Source: a virus
DNA: 35,055 nucleotides
Virus record (IMG/VR): IMGVR_UViG_3300000944_000003
Location: 1 to 35,055 of that record
Direction: 5' to 3' (one strand)
The translations under genes were made by a program, and so were the position numbers. A model generated the notes under the pieces. It made no database searches. It was given only the letters and a program-made list of their open reading frames with translations, and was not told the origin of the DNA. Positions 7,137 to 15,055 of this stretch are shown in pieces. Each line of letters begins with the position of its first letter. The first letter of the stretch is position 1.

Positions 7137-7138
7137 TC

Positions 7139-7510
7139 TTGAAAGGATGCATTGAATTGAAAAAAAGAAAAATTAAAGAGATGCTTTTGCGTCTTCAAAA
7201 GAGAATTTGTGAGCTCGAATGCCGAAGCATTAACATGTTTGATGATTTCGAATGCTTGGAGGCGCAGGTTGAAAGTCTTCGCACCAAGCTCAATAGGATG
7301 GAAATTGATTTTGAATTTCAGATAAATGCATGTAATAGGAAATTTTCGAAACTGACTGCGGATCGAGAAATGCTAGATAGAATTGAAGATGCAAAAAAGT
7401 CTATAAGAAATAAGATGACGGATGAGGCTTTTGGTTTGGATGATCAAAGCCAGTCATATGAGTTAGAGCCACCTCCAAAAGGATACTTTCAAAAGGAACT
7501 TTCAAAATGA
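7139..7510 (+). CDS. Hypothetical coiled-coil protein (start uncertain: TTG 7139, TTG 7157 or ATG 7181)
   Basis: Heptad-like charged sequence in the early operon. AAAGGA at 7142-7147 could serve the TTG at 7157. Confidence 0.65.
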   Translation: MKGCIELKKRKIKEMLLRLQKRICELECRSINMFDDFECLEAQVESLRTKLNRMEIDFEFQINACNRKFSKLTADREMLDRIEDAKKSIRNKMTDEAFGLDDQSQSYELEPPPKGYFQKELSK

Positions 7511-7704
7511 ATGACGGTTTAGATATGACTATATATGCTCTGAAAACTTGTTCGATAGCTTTATATATGTTAGGTGCAGCTCTTTGGTTTATGCAGTCGC
7601 GCAAATACTATCAGTCCAGAAAACGCTTAGATGAGATAATTTTCAGCCAAGCAAATGATTTGAAGCGAATCGAATTTAAAATGAAGGAATACGGCGATGG
7701 TTGA
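7507..7704 (+). CDS. Small membrane protein, 65 aa
   Basis: ATGA overlap with the upstream gene. One hydrophobic helix (IYALKTCSIALYMLGAALWFM). Confidence 0.6.
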   Translation: MNDGLDMTIYALKTCSIALYMLGAALWFMQSRKYYQSRKRLDEIIFSQANDLKRIEFKMKEYGDG

Positions 7705-7728
7705 GATGATCGATTCGTTAAAAGGAAC

Positions 7729-7944
7729 TTGGAAGTGAGTGAAGAATCGAAAGCTCTAAGTGAGATTGTATATCAGCTTAAAGAGCATAACAGAAAGTTT
7801 TCCGGCTTTGCCTGGGATTTTAAAATTCTAGTTGAAGATCTTGGTAAAATTAAAAAGACAATGATAGGTTTATCAGTCTCTTGTGATCAGCTTGTAAGCG
7901 GTCTTAAAGACAAGCCTATAGACCCGTGCGAATCCGACACGTGA
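7729..7944 (+). CDS. Hypothetical protein, about 70 aa
   Basis: ORF in the operon with a non-ATG start (TTG 7729 or GTG 7735) after AAGGA. No motif recognised. Confidence 0.55.
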   Translation: MEVSEESKALSEIVYQLKEHNRKFSGFAWDFKILVEDLGKIKKTMIGLSVSCDQLVSGLKDKPIDPCESDT

Positions 7945-8117
7945 TGGGGTATGCCGATAACATGATACAGGTTTGGGAATTTATTTTCATACTGATTGCG
8001 ACTCCCCTAATGTTTTTTGGTTTTCTAGCGCTAGATGAGGAAGCAAGACGTAGAAGGGATCTTAACGAGTCGTGCAGGATGTGTGAATGGGAAGAGGATA
8101 TAGAGCCGCGTGAATGA
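7944..8117 (+). CDS. Small membrane protein, 57 aa
   Basis: ATG 7944 overlaps the upstream stop (TGATG). One TM helix (VWEFIFILIATPLMFFGFLAL) is followed by a charged tail. The tracked GTG 7926 start is less likely. Confidence 0.55.
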   Translation: MGYADNMIQVWEFIFILIATPLMFFGFLALDEEARRRRDLNESCRMCEWEEDIEPRE

Positions 8118-8123
8118 AAATAA

Positions 8124-8375
8124 TTAGTCTATTTTCTTTTCAATATGTTTTAGTAAAGTCTCTTGCCGCACCAAAATCGCGTTCATCTCTTTAAGCTCTT
8201 CTGAGACCCTTAAAAGAATATCGGCCTGAGCATGGTTTATTTCTTTTTGATGCGAGATCTCTGTCTTAATAATGGCAACTTCTGAGGCGGTCTTAGCCGC
8301 AAACCCAGCGACGCTTATGCAGATCGCAGCGACGAAACCTAAAGGTAAGAATGTGTTTTTAGAGATCGTGTTCAT
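8124..8375 (-). CDS. Bitopic membrane protein with coiled-coil ectodomain (i-spanin-like or holin-regulator-like), 83 aa
   Basis: N-terminal TM (FLPLGFVAAICISVAGFAA) followed by a charged helical region. It is the last gene of the late operon, with an ATGA overlap to RusA. Confidence 0.6.
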   Translation of the reverse strand: MNTISKNTFLPLGFVAAICISVAGFAAKTASEVAIIKTEISHQKEINHAQADILLRVSEELKEMNAILVRQETLLKHIEKKID

Positions 8376-8743
8376 AATTCAGTTAGTTCATACCTTGTAA
8401 AATCATTTTCAGAGTGAACCTTTATGCCGGTTATCTCAAATATATTTTTATCGTCAATGCCAAGAGCGTCAAGAAAAGAGTCTTCTGAAAATTTCAGATA
8501 GTTACTAACATCGGATTTTCTCGGCGAGCCGGATTTTGTTATCCAGCTTTTTCCAATCCAAATTTTTAGCCTTAGCTTTTTAAGATACAATTTAGATGTA
8601 TCAAAAGCCTTTTGCTGTACGTATATTCTAACATTATTTTTGAACGTTTTGACCGCTTTTGTGGAAAATCGCCTTCCATTTCTACCCCGAGAATATCCTG
8701 CATTCACGCTTGGGCATACAAATGGAACTTCAAGGGTAATCAA
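8372..8743 (-). CDS. rusA: RusA-family Holliday junction resolvase
   Basis: VPFVCPSVNAGYSRGRNGRRFSTKAVKTFKNNV resembles the RusA PPSxNxxY...R...S.E motif. DVSNYLKFSEDSFLDALGIDDKNI resembles the RusA D.DN..K...D.L catalytic acidic cluster. Confidence 0.8.
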   Translation of the reverse strand: MITLEVPFVCPSVNAGYSRGRNGRRFSTKAVKTFKNNVRIYVQQKAFDTSKLYLKKLRLKIWIGKSWITKSGSPRKSDVSNYLKFSEDSFLDALGIDDKNIFEITGIKVHSENDFTRYELTEL

Positions 8744-9291
8744 TCTTTGCGCCTTTGGCCGCCAAGGATTCTATATGACATATATCTTTTGCGGTTTATC
8801 TGATTTGATTGGTTACATCCTAGGGCCCAGAACTTTTTATATAATCCGTTTTTTTGCCTGCCCGATTTTCTGTCAAAGCCTGCGAAATAGGCCACGTGAC
8901 CCTTCGATGATTTCGGATTTGACCGCCAGAGAATTACGATGTCTCCGACCTTTAGATCTTTGGCTTCGACTCTATCGTATCTGGGGTGCGGCTTCAGCCA
9001 GTGCCTAGCACGCTCGAAAATCTTTGGGAGCTCGCGGCGCTGTAAGTATCCAGATTCAGTCTCACCCACACATATGCATAGCGAACACCAAGGCGTTGAC
9101 TTGTCATATTTAGGCCTTCCAAACTCCGCCCATTTCTCTTTAATCCAGGCCTCGTTTTTAGCCTCAGAGAAGCCCTTGTATTTGGCAAGGGCCCTATGGC
9201 CGAGAATCGGTTTTTCGGGCTCAGCAGGGACAACAGGAGCGGCAGGATCTTTAAACATATCGCAGATGTAATTTATAATCTTTGAAAACAT
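8740..9291 (-). CDS. Cell-wall hydrolase, NlpC/P60/CHAP-like (TIGR02594-type phage lysin)
   Basis: STPWCSLCICVGETESGY supplies the catalytic Cys context (PWC). LKVGDIVILWRSNPKSSKGHVAYFAGF supplies the His context. This is the typical TIGR02594 arrangement. Confidence 0.75.
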   Translation of the reverse strand: MFSKIINYICDMFKDPAAPVVPAEPEKPILGHRALAKYKGFSEAKNEAWIKEKWAEFGRPKYDKSTPWCSLCICVGETESGYLQRRELPKIFERARHWLKPHPRYDRVEAKDLKVGDIVILWRSNPKSSKGHVAYFAGFDRKSGRQKNGLYKKFWALGCNQSNQINRKRYMSYRILGGQRRKD

Positions 9292-9295
9292 ATTT

Positions 9296-10171
9296 TTAAA
9301 ATCCCCACTCTAATATGTAGACCGCACCATCTTGACCATCTTGTCCAGGGTTTGCCTGGAATGTAAAATCAAACTCGTCTTGAGGACCGCCAAGCCTTTG
9401 ATCAATTCTGCTATCTACTGATTCACGGACCCCGCCAGCTCCGCCAGCTCCTATGATCACGGGGTAGCCTCCAGATGGGAGCTCGCCAAAATGAGAAAAG
9501 CCAAGGGTTCCAGGGCATCCGTGCTGGCCTGCATATCCAAAAGCCTGAAAGGTCTCAGAAAATGCTCCGGGATTATTATGATCATTGAAAAATACTCCTG
9601 GGTTTTCACGGCCGCCATCTCCGGCGTTTCCGTAATGTGACCCTTCAAATGTCGGTCCAAGCGTAGATCCTAATGTCACGTAATTGCTAAAGCTTCGGAT
9701 AGGATCTGGAAAGGAAACAAATTCAAAATTCTCTAATCTTCTCTCTCCACCTATGCCTGGCGCTCCGCCTCTTCCCCCGCCGCCAACTATTTGACCGTTA
9801 AACATTGAAGGAGATCCGAAAGCTCCGCTTACGCCATCTTCTGCAGGAACCTCTCTTCCGTCAGCGTCTGCCAAACTAAGGAAAAACGTTCCAGGCCCTA
9901 AAAGAGCAGCATTACTAAATACTGCTCCCCTGCGGCCTGAAGATCCGCCACCGCCTCCACCTCCAACGCCAATAGCCAAAACGTTGCTTCGAGTAGGAGA
10001 GGTTTCATATATTCCGCTTTGCGTAAATAACGTGCATTTAAGATTTGTGACCTCACACAATGCGTTTAAAGCCGACGCCATCGACTGAATAAGGCCCTCG
10101 GTTATTGGGCTCTTGTAATCTGTTTCAGTGTCAAAGAATTTTCTTATTACAGGTGGTAGTTCATTTGCCAT
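9296..10171 (-). CDS. Glycine-rich-domain tail/fibre-associated protein, 291 aa
   Basis: SNVLAIGVGGGGGGGSSGRRGA, GGGGRGGAPGIGG and IIGAGGAGG resemble the glycine-rich domain seen in phage tail-fibre loci. Encoded directly after the tail-tip protein. Confidence 0.75.
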   Translation of the reverse strand: MANELPPVIRKFFDTETDYKSPITEGLIQSMASALNALCEVTNLKCTLFTQSGIYETSPTRSNVLAIGVGGGGGGGSSGRRGAVFSNAALLGPGTFFLSLADADGREVPAEDGVSGAFGSPSMFNGQIVGGGGRGGAPGIGGERRLENFEFVSFPDPIRSFSNYVTLGSTLGPTFEGSHYGNAGDGGRENPGVFFNDHNNPGAFSETFQAFGYAGQHGCPGTLGFSHFGELPSGGYPVIIGAGGAGGVRESVDSRIDQRLGGPQDEFDFTFQANPGQDGQDGAVYILEWGF

Positions 10172-10172
10172 T

Positions 10173-12362
10173 TTAACTCACTCCATAAGGCGGATCGCCG
10201 CATATCTCGCCTTCAAAAGAGATCGATGCAAAACAATCATTGTAGTCATCAGGCATCATATCATAGCTGCAAGGCTGCAAAATTAGCCTGCCCGAAGGTG
10301 CCTGATTAAAAATAACCTGGTCTGTCAAAGTCACAGATCCTTCTGTAAACGATGCGACACTTGATCTTGAGATCAAATTACAGGTTCCTTCTTCGATAAT
10401 CTCAACGCATTCGCCAACGCAAAACCTATCTTCTGCCGTTCCAGAGATAACCGCACCGGACGGATCAAGGCTAATCCCCGTAACAATCATCGATGGCGCG
10501 ATGTTTCCAAGCCTTACGTCATCGTCAAAAGTAGTATCTACGACAGAGATTCTTACCCTTCCTGTCTTGTAGTTTACATCTAGGCGGTAGATTTCAAAAA
10601 GGCGATTGAAGGTGTCTCTTCTTCCAGTCCTGGTATCTGAGACTCCAAGGCTTCGAAGATCAAGCTGAACCACATCGCCAATGTTTACTTGGCATGCGCA
10701 CGAAAAAAGAAGCTCAATGTTTTCAATAAACTCTGCCCCGCGCGAGTACCTATCTAAAAGCCTGCTCGCGGTTGCTCTTGATATAAGACCTGCGCCTTTA
10801 AAATCTCTAAGGCCTTCGGAGCGGATAGTTAGAGTATTCTCTCTTTGAAACCTTTGAGCACTCTCATCTGAAAGGTTAACGTTTCCAGCGAGAAATGTTG
10901 AGTTTGAATCACATGGGTTTGACGTGTGAGCAAAGACTACCTCCGAATAATAAAAGTTTGAAAGTGATCTTTGTATCTTTAGCTGGCTGCAGTTTGTTAC
11001 TTTAGTTGAATCTAAAACCATCTGAGCTTCGCACGCGTTTCCAGGCCTATTGTTATTTACAGATATGCGTCCTTCAGATGTTTGAAGATAAAGACCTATG
11101 GGTCCTAAAAGCTGATCTGCAATAAAGTCTCTCACGCTTTCGATTGTATTAGTGATATAAAAGCACATCTCAACGCCTGCGTTTTCAAGCGATAGCTCCT
11201 CGAAGGTTGCAATATCAACGTCATCCTCGTTTAAACAAAGGCCAGTTGGAAGCACGTTGTAAGGGCTTGCGTTAGGGTTTGGATCCGATGGCGGACAGCT
11301 TAAAAGAAGCTGTAGCGCAAGCTCAAGCGGGTTTCCATCGAGCCTATAGAATACAGATAAAGACTCTTCAGCTTCATAGTCTTCAGAAGCGTTATCGCAG
11401 TATCTGTCAAATTCTGGATCTTCTCTTAAAAGTCCGGAGAAGGTTCCGGTCGCAGGATCGAAATCATCAAACGACATTAGCTCATCTGCAATCCGAACAT
11501 ATCTAGACAAGATTCCAGGAACCGCCGGAAGTATCGAATCATCGTTTACATCGATAAGATCGACGGTCGCTTCAGTATCTGCCACTAAAACGTCTTGTGT
11601 TAATACCATCTCAGAGATTCTAAAAGAAGGCGCTATCGTAAGAGACTCAGTCGAACAAAGCTTTATATCCACAAAGCCGTGGCCTGAGCAGAGCTCGCAG
11701 ACATAGCCTGTGAATATTCTTTTGAACTCGCCGGGAAAATCAGAAAGGCAAACATCGCCCTCTTGATCCATGAAAACCTGAACGCGTTTTCCCATGAGAT
11801 CATCTGTAAAGCCCGTCGGGCTTATAAGCATTGTAGCCTTTAGATCTCTATCTACGACCCTTAGCGTGAAAGTAGATATGCCGGTAGACCTTCCGAAATC
11901 TGGCCGCACCGACTGGGAAATAGATGAGGTTGTCCCGCTTAGATCAAGGCAGGGAAGAATCTGAGGGGTCTCTATTGGAGTATCAAAGCAGAGATCAATG
12001 CCTCCATCAAGGCAAGGCTCGTCTCCGCTGTTAGACGGCTGGGTTCCAATATCAAAGCAAAGGACAGGTGAAGCCTGATCCAAACAGTATAGCGGCGAGG
12101 TTTGATCGAGGCATATGCTCTCGCCTTCAAGGCATAATATATCAAACGTCGGACATGGATCTATTTTCCTGCCTTCGTCAAGACAAAGCACAGGATTTCC
12201 AATATCAAAACAAAACCCCGGGTCTTCAATGCAAACTTCTTTTTGAACCGAATGAGATGAAAGGGGAAATGAAATGCCTTCGATCGACACCATAAAGCAT
12301 GGCTCAAAACATTTGTTTAAAGACGTTGGTACAAGCTGCCTAAGCGCTTCTGATCTGCTCAA
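10173..12362 (-). CDS. Large tail tip / central fibre (host-specificity-like) protein with a Cys-rich N-terminal repeat array, 729 aa
   Basis: Call rests on size and position in the distal tail module. Residues about 18-141 carry about 10 copies of a C-[LF]-[DE] unit. Confidence 0.7.
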   Translation of the reverse strand: MSRSEALRQLVPTSLNKCFEPCFMVSIEGISFPLSSHSVQKEVCIEDPGFCFDIGNPVLCLDEGRKIDPCPTFDILCLEGESICLDQTSPLYCLDQASPVLCFDIGTQPSNSGDEPCLDGGIDLCFDTPIETPQILPCLDLSGTTSSISQSVRPDFGRSTGISTFTLRVVDRDLKATMLISPTGFTDDLMGKRVQVFMDQEGDVCLSDFPGEFKRIFTGYVCELCSGHGFVDIKLCSTESLTIAPSFRISEMVLTQDVLVADTEATVDLIDVNDDSILPAVPGILSRYVRIADELMSFDDFDPATGTFSGLLREDPEFDRYCDNASEDYEAEESLSVFYRLDGNPLELALQLLLSCPPSDPNPNASPYNVLPTGLCLNEDDVDIATFEELSLENAGVEMCFYITNTIESVRDFIADQLLGPIGLYLQTSEGRISVNNNRPGNACEAQMVLDSTKVTNCSQLKIQRSLSNFYYSEVVFAHTSNPCDSNSTFLAGNVNLSDESAQRFQRENTLTIRSEGLRDFKGAGLISRATASRLLDRYSRGAEFIENIELLFSCACQVNIGDVVQLDLRSLGVSDTRTGRRDTFNRLFEIYRLDVNYKTGRVRISVVDTTFDDDVRLGNIAPSMIVTGISLDPSGAVISGTAEDRFCVGECVEIIEEGTCNLISRSSVASFTEGSVTLTDQVIFNQAPSGRLILQPCSYDMMPDDYNDCFASISFEGEICGDPPYGVS

Positions 12363-12640
12363 AACTCGCCCCCTGAAAGCTCTTGAATATAGACCTTAAG
12401 GGCCATCCAATCGTCGACGTGGACAGACACGCGGCCCTCCATTTGGATGCAATCGAATATTTCTGAGCCAGAAGGAGACGTGCATATGACCTCATCTGCC
12501 ATATGTATACACGGCCTTATCTGAGGCGCTATTCTTTTTTTGGAAGTTTCACAAGCGCAGAACACGATCAGCAGAGCGCAGAAGCTGCTTTTCAATATGG
12601 CGCTTTTCACCGCCAGTAGATGCTTTTTTCCAGTCATCAT
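12359..12640 (-). CDS. Small Cys-containing putative lipoprotein (o-spanin candidate), 93 aa
   Basis: N-terminus MMTGKKHLLAVKSAILKSSFCALLIVFCACETSKK has a signal-like core and an atypical lipobox (FCAC). Its start is embedded 92 nt inside the upstream gene in another frame, an overlapped-spanin-like architecture. ATGA overlap with the downstream gene. Confidence 0.45.
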   Translation of the reverse strand: MMTGKKHLLAVKSAILKSSFCALLIVFCACETSKKRIAPQIRPCIHMADEVICTSPSGSEIFDCIQMEGRVSVHVDDWMALKVYIQELSGGEF

Positions 12641-12845
12641 AAAGCCCTTCGAATTCTCGGGCTTCTTTTATATAACCGCGCTCGATGATTTTAAGTTTCG
12701 CCGCGAAGACGCCTTTGGTGAGAATGTCAGTTATAAGTTTATCGAGCAAGGGAAATACTGAAAGCTCGATCTCTTTTGGAACCTTCGCAGATTTCAAAAG
12801 AGACGAGATTGCAGCCTGTAAAGCTATGGAGATTAGCCCATTCAT
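12549..12845 (-). CDS. Hypothetical helical protein (i-spanin candidate), 98 aa
   Basis: Weakly hydrophobic N-terminus (GLISIALQAAISSLL) followed by charged helical sequence. ATGA overlap with the holin-like gene. Confidence 0.5.
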   Translation of the reverse strand: MNGLISIALQAAISSLLKSAKVPKEIELSVFPLLDKLITDILTKGVFAAKLKIIERGYIKEAREFEGLYDDWKKASTGGEKRHIEKQLLRSADRVLRL

Positions 12846-13042
12846 TTTACAGTTAGTTTTGTCTCAGTTTCAAAGTAACGAAGATACAAGTTGATCGCAG
12901 CACATACCACGAGTAAAATTGCAGCTTGGTTCTGAGTCAAAAGATCAGCAAATGATGAGCTGAAAATTGCAACTATTGCAACGATTGCGTTGAACCACAT
13001 TGTTTTAGATTCGTTTAATTTCTTAGTTTTTACTTCTGACAT
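12842..13042 (-). CDS. Holin-like protein with two transmembrane segments, 66 aa
   Basis: MWFNAIVAIVAIFSSSFADLL and AAILLVVCAAINLYLRYF are two TM helices in a charged small protein. SD AAGGGA is present. Confidence 0.6.
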   Translation of the reverse strand: MSEVKTKKLNESKTMWFNAIVAIVAIFSSSFADLLTQNQAAILLVVCAAINLYLRYFETETKLTVK

Positions 13043-13055
13043 AACTTTTCCCTTT

Positions 13056-13364
13056 TTATGTTAAACAAAGCTGAGCTGGAATCCACATGCTTGATGCTGC
13101 GTCCCATTTCAAAAAATCATTTGCAGCCGGTGCAGTCGTTGATGTGTCGACATCGGTCAATCCATCAATGGCTGAAGCTCCGCCTGCTGCAGCAGTTTGG
13201 TTTATCCACATGGTACCATCCCACGTCAGCACTTGGCCACTGGCTGGAGCCGCAACAGTCGCATCTATAAGGTCTGTTACTCCAAGCGCAGCTGCCCCAG
13301 TCTGTCCGTTGACTGAGGTGACCCCACCTGGATTTGGAACATTTATTCCATTAGTTAATGCCAT
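13056..13364 (-). CDS. Small tail-fibre-like protein, 102 aa
   Basis: GVTSVNGQTGAAALGVTDL is a common phage fibre N-terminal motif. An internal duplicated unit is present (QVLTWDGTMWINQ and DFLKWDAASSMWIPAQ). SD TGGAGGA is present. Confidence 0.6.
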   Translation of the reverse strand: MALTNGINVPNPGGVTSVNGQTGAAALGVTDLIDATVAAPASGQVLTWDGTMWINQTAAAGGASAIDGLTDVDTSTTAPAANDFLKWDAASSMWIPAQLCLT

Positions 13365-13387
13365 TTATTATCCTCCAATTTATTTAT

Positions 13388-13705
13388 TTAAGACGGTGTA
13401 ACTTTCTTCTTTGTCTTTTTCTTTGATGCCTTTTTCGAAGAGGATTGGTTTACTGGCTTTTTCTTATAACTCCTCAAAACATTAAGTTCAGCTTCAAGTA
13501 CGGAACTGTCTAACCTTAAAGCTTGCATCTCTTCATGCATTTTTCTAATACGCATTCCATTTGCATGTTCTGCTTCGAAGTCAGGATCTTCTTCAACCTG
13601 ATCTTTTACCTCATTGTATTTAGGTATTTTTTTAAGATCTTCAATAGATTCAACAAACCAAGATCTTTCTAATCCTTCGCTATCAATATAAAAAAACTTT
13701 TTCAT
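13388..13705 (-). CDS. Hypothetical protein with Lys-rich C-terminus, 105 aa
   Basis: Coding-like ORF with SD AAAGGA. Tail is SSSKKASKKKTKKKV. Confidence 0.6.
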   Translation of the reverse strand: MKKFFYIDSEGLERSWFVESIEDLKKIPKYNEVKDQVEEDPDFEAEHANGMRIRKMHEEMQALRLDSSVLEAELNVLRSYKKKPVNQSSSKKASKKKTKKKVTPS

Positions 13706-13722
13706 CGTTAATCCTTTTTAAG

Positions 13723-15036
13723 TTAGAAGTTTCCTGTTGCTTCACGAGTCGCGTTGTTTAACTCAGTAACGGTAACCTGGGTCTGAGAATTCGAACCGTT
13801 TCCAATAAGGAAAATCGAAGCGGCGGTAGCAGCTGAAGAGAAAAGGTAGAACCTAAGCTCAGTATCGACGGCAACAAATTTTCTTGATGCAGAAATTGTT
13901 GCAGCCCAACGTATTGTAGTTCCTGAAGATTGCCTGTCCGTTGAAGTAATAAATCCCGGTGCAGTTGGTGCCGTTCCGTTAACAACATCGACCGCTACAA
14001 AGTTTGCATTGCCGGCTGCAGCAATATTGTCAAGGTTTGCAACAAGATCAACCTGATAACTAGTGCCAACGGTGAGTCCAGTAACTCTCAAATCAATAAC
14101 CTCTGGACGATTACCAATGGTTGGAAACTGCATGTTTGCTGAAAGAGTCCTAAAGACATATCTGTCATCTTCAATAAGGCTGTTGTCAATGAATCCATCA
14201 GCATTCGTTTCGACCGGCTCGTTAGCGTTTCCTGTGAATGTATCAATGAAAACCGGAGCCGTGCCGCCGCCAGCAGTTATAAGAACCGGACGATCACCTG
14301 CTGTCACCTCAAGCTTTGTTGCTGAAAGAACATAAAGAACCGAGTTATCCCACTCACCAACGTTTGTGTTTTGAGTCGCTGTAACGCCGCCTGGCGCTGT
14401 GGGATCATCGAAATAAAACTCGCCTACATTTAGGCCGTGACCGGCAACTTCGATTACCCCAACCGATTGCACGACAAAATTGTTTCCGTCGACCACTTCT
14501 TTAACAACATGAGTCGATGGATTAACCGCAGCATTTGAAGCATCTCCTAAAACCCAGGTTCCTGTTGTATCGACTCGAACTGCTTGAAGTGCTGTGAAGC
14601 CGTGTCCCGCCTGAGTTACCGCACACTCGACAGCGCCCATGGAACCGCCTGCATTTATAGGACGGAAAGCTCCGTTGCAGTAATAGATTGGAAGTGAGCA
14701 TCCTGGCTGAACCTCGATATCCTTTCCAGCAAAAACTGAAAAGCTCATTGGCTGGGTAGTGCCGTTTACGACAACCGCTTGCTGACCATCTTCAAGTCCT
14801 GGAGCCGAGGCAGTAAAGCCTGCGATGTCAGTTGCTGCAGCGCCTGTTACTTCTAGCACGCCTGCGTCTACTGTGAGGTTTAAAGAGGCCGCACCTGCAA
14901 CGCTTGATTTGCCGTGGGTAATCCACTTGTCTGTTTGAAATCTACCCGTTGTAGATGTATCCTCTGTCCGAGATACGAATGCAGCATTAAAGATCGCTGC
15001 TTGTAGTTTATCACCTGCTGATACTGTCAATTTCAT
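13723..15036 (-). CDS. Tail fibre / receptor-binding-like structural protein, 437 aa
   Basis: Gly/Thr/Ala/Val-rich beta-type composition. The N-terminal segment (DGQQAVVVNGTTQPMSFSVFAGKDIEVQPGCSLPIYYCNG) resembles the duplicated module of the 1020-aa protein (LEPGCIYTF and LDAGCVYTF). SD AGGGAGGG is present. Confidence 0.65.
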   Translation of the reverse strand: MKLTVSAGDKLQAAIFNAAFVSRTEDTSTTGRFQTDKWITHGKSSVAGAASLNLTVDAGVLEVTGAAATDIAGFTASAPGLEDGQQAVVVNGTTQPMSFSVFAGKDIEVQPGCSLPIYYCNGAFRPINAGGSMGAVECAVTQAGHGFTALQAVRVDTTGTWVLGDASNAAVNPSTHVVKEVVDGNNFVVQSVGVIEVAGHGLNVGEFYFDDPTAPGGVTATQNTNVGEWDNSVLYVLSATKLEVTAGDRPVLITAGGGTAPVFIDTFTGNANEPVETNADGFIDNSLIEDDRYVFRTLSANMQFPTIGNRPEVIDLRVTGLTVGTSYQVDLVANLDNIAAAGNANFVAVDVVNGTAPTAPGFITSTDRQSSGTTIRWAATISASRKFVAVDTELRFYLFSSAATAASIFLIGNGSNSQTQVTVTELNNATREATGNF

Positions 15037-15055
15037 GCCCTCCCTGGTTGGCTAG

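Noticed and set aside
8611-8626. CTGTACGTATATTCTA, partially similar to the 16-bp left-arm motif.
   Set aside because: Only the TACGTATA core matches, the flanks differ, and it lies inside the RusA coding sequence. I treated it as chance.
13087-13401. Long + strand ORFs lying inside - strand structural genes. Examples: 13087..13401, 14063..14335, 16013..16327, 23678..24028, 27918..28262, 28731..29012, 29314..29613.
   Set aside because: They are antisense shadows of well-supported - strand genes. They lack SD sequences, have low-complexity or Ser/Arg/Leu-rich composition, and are not in an operon context.
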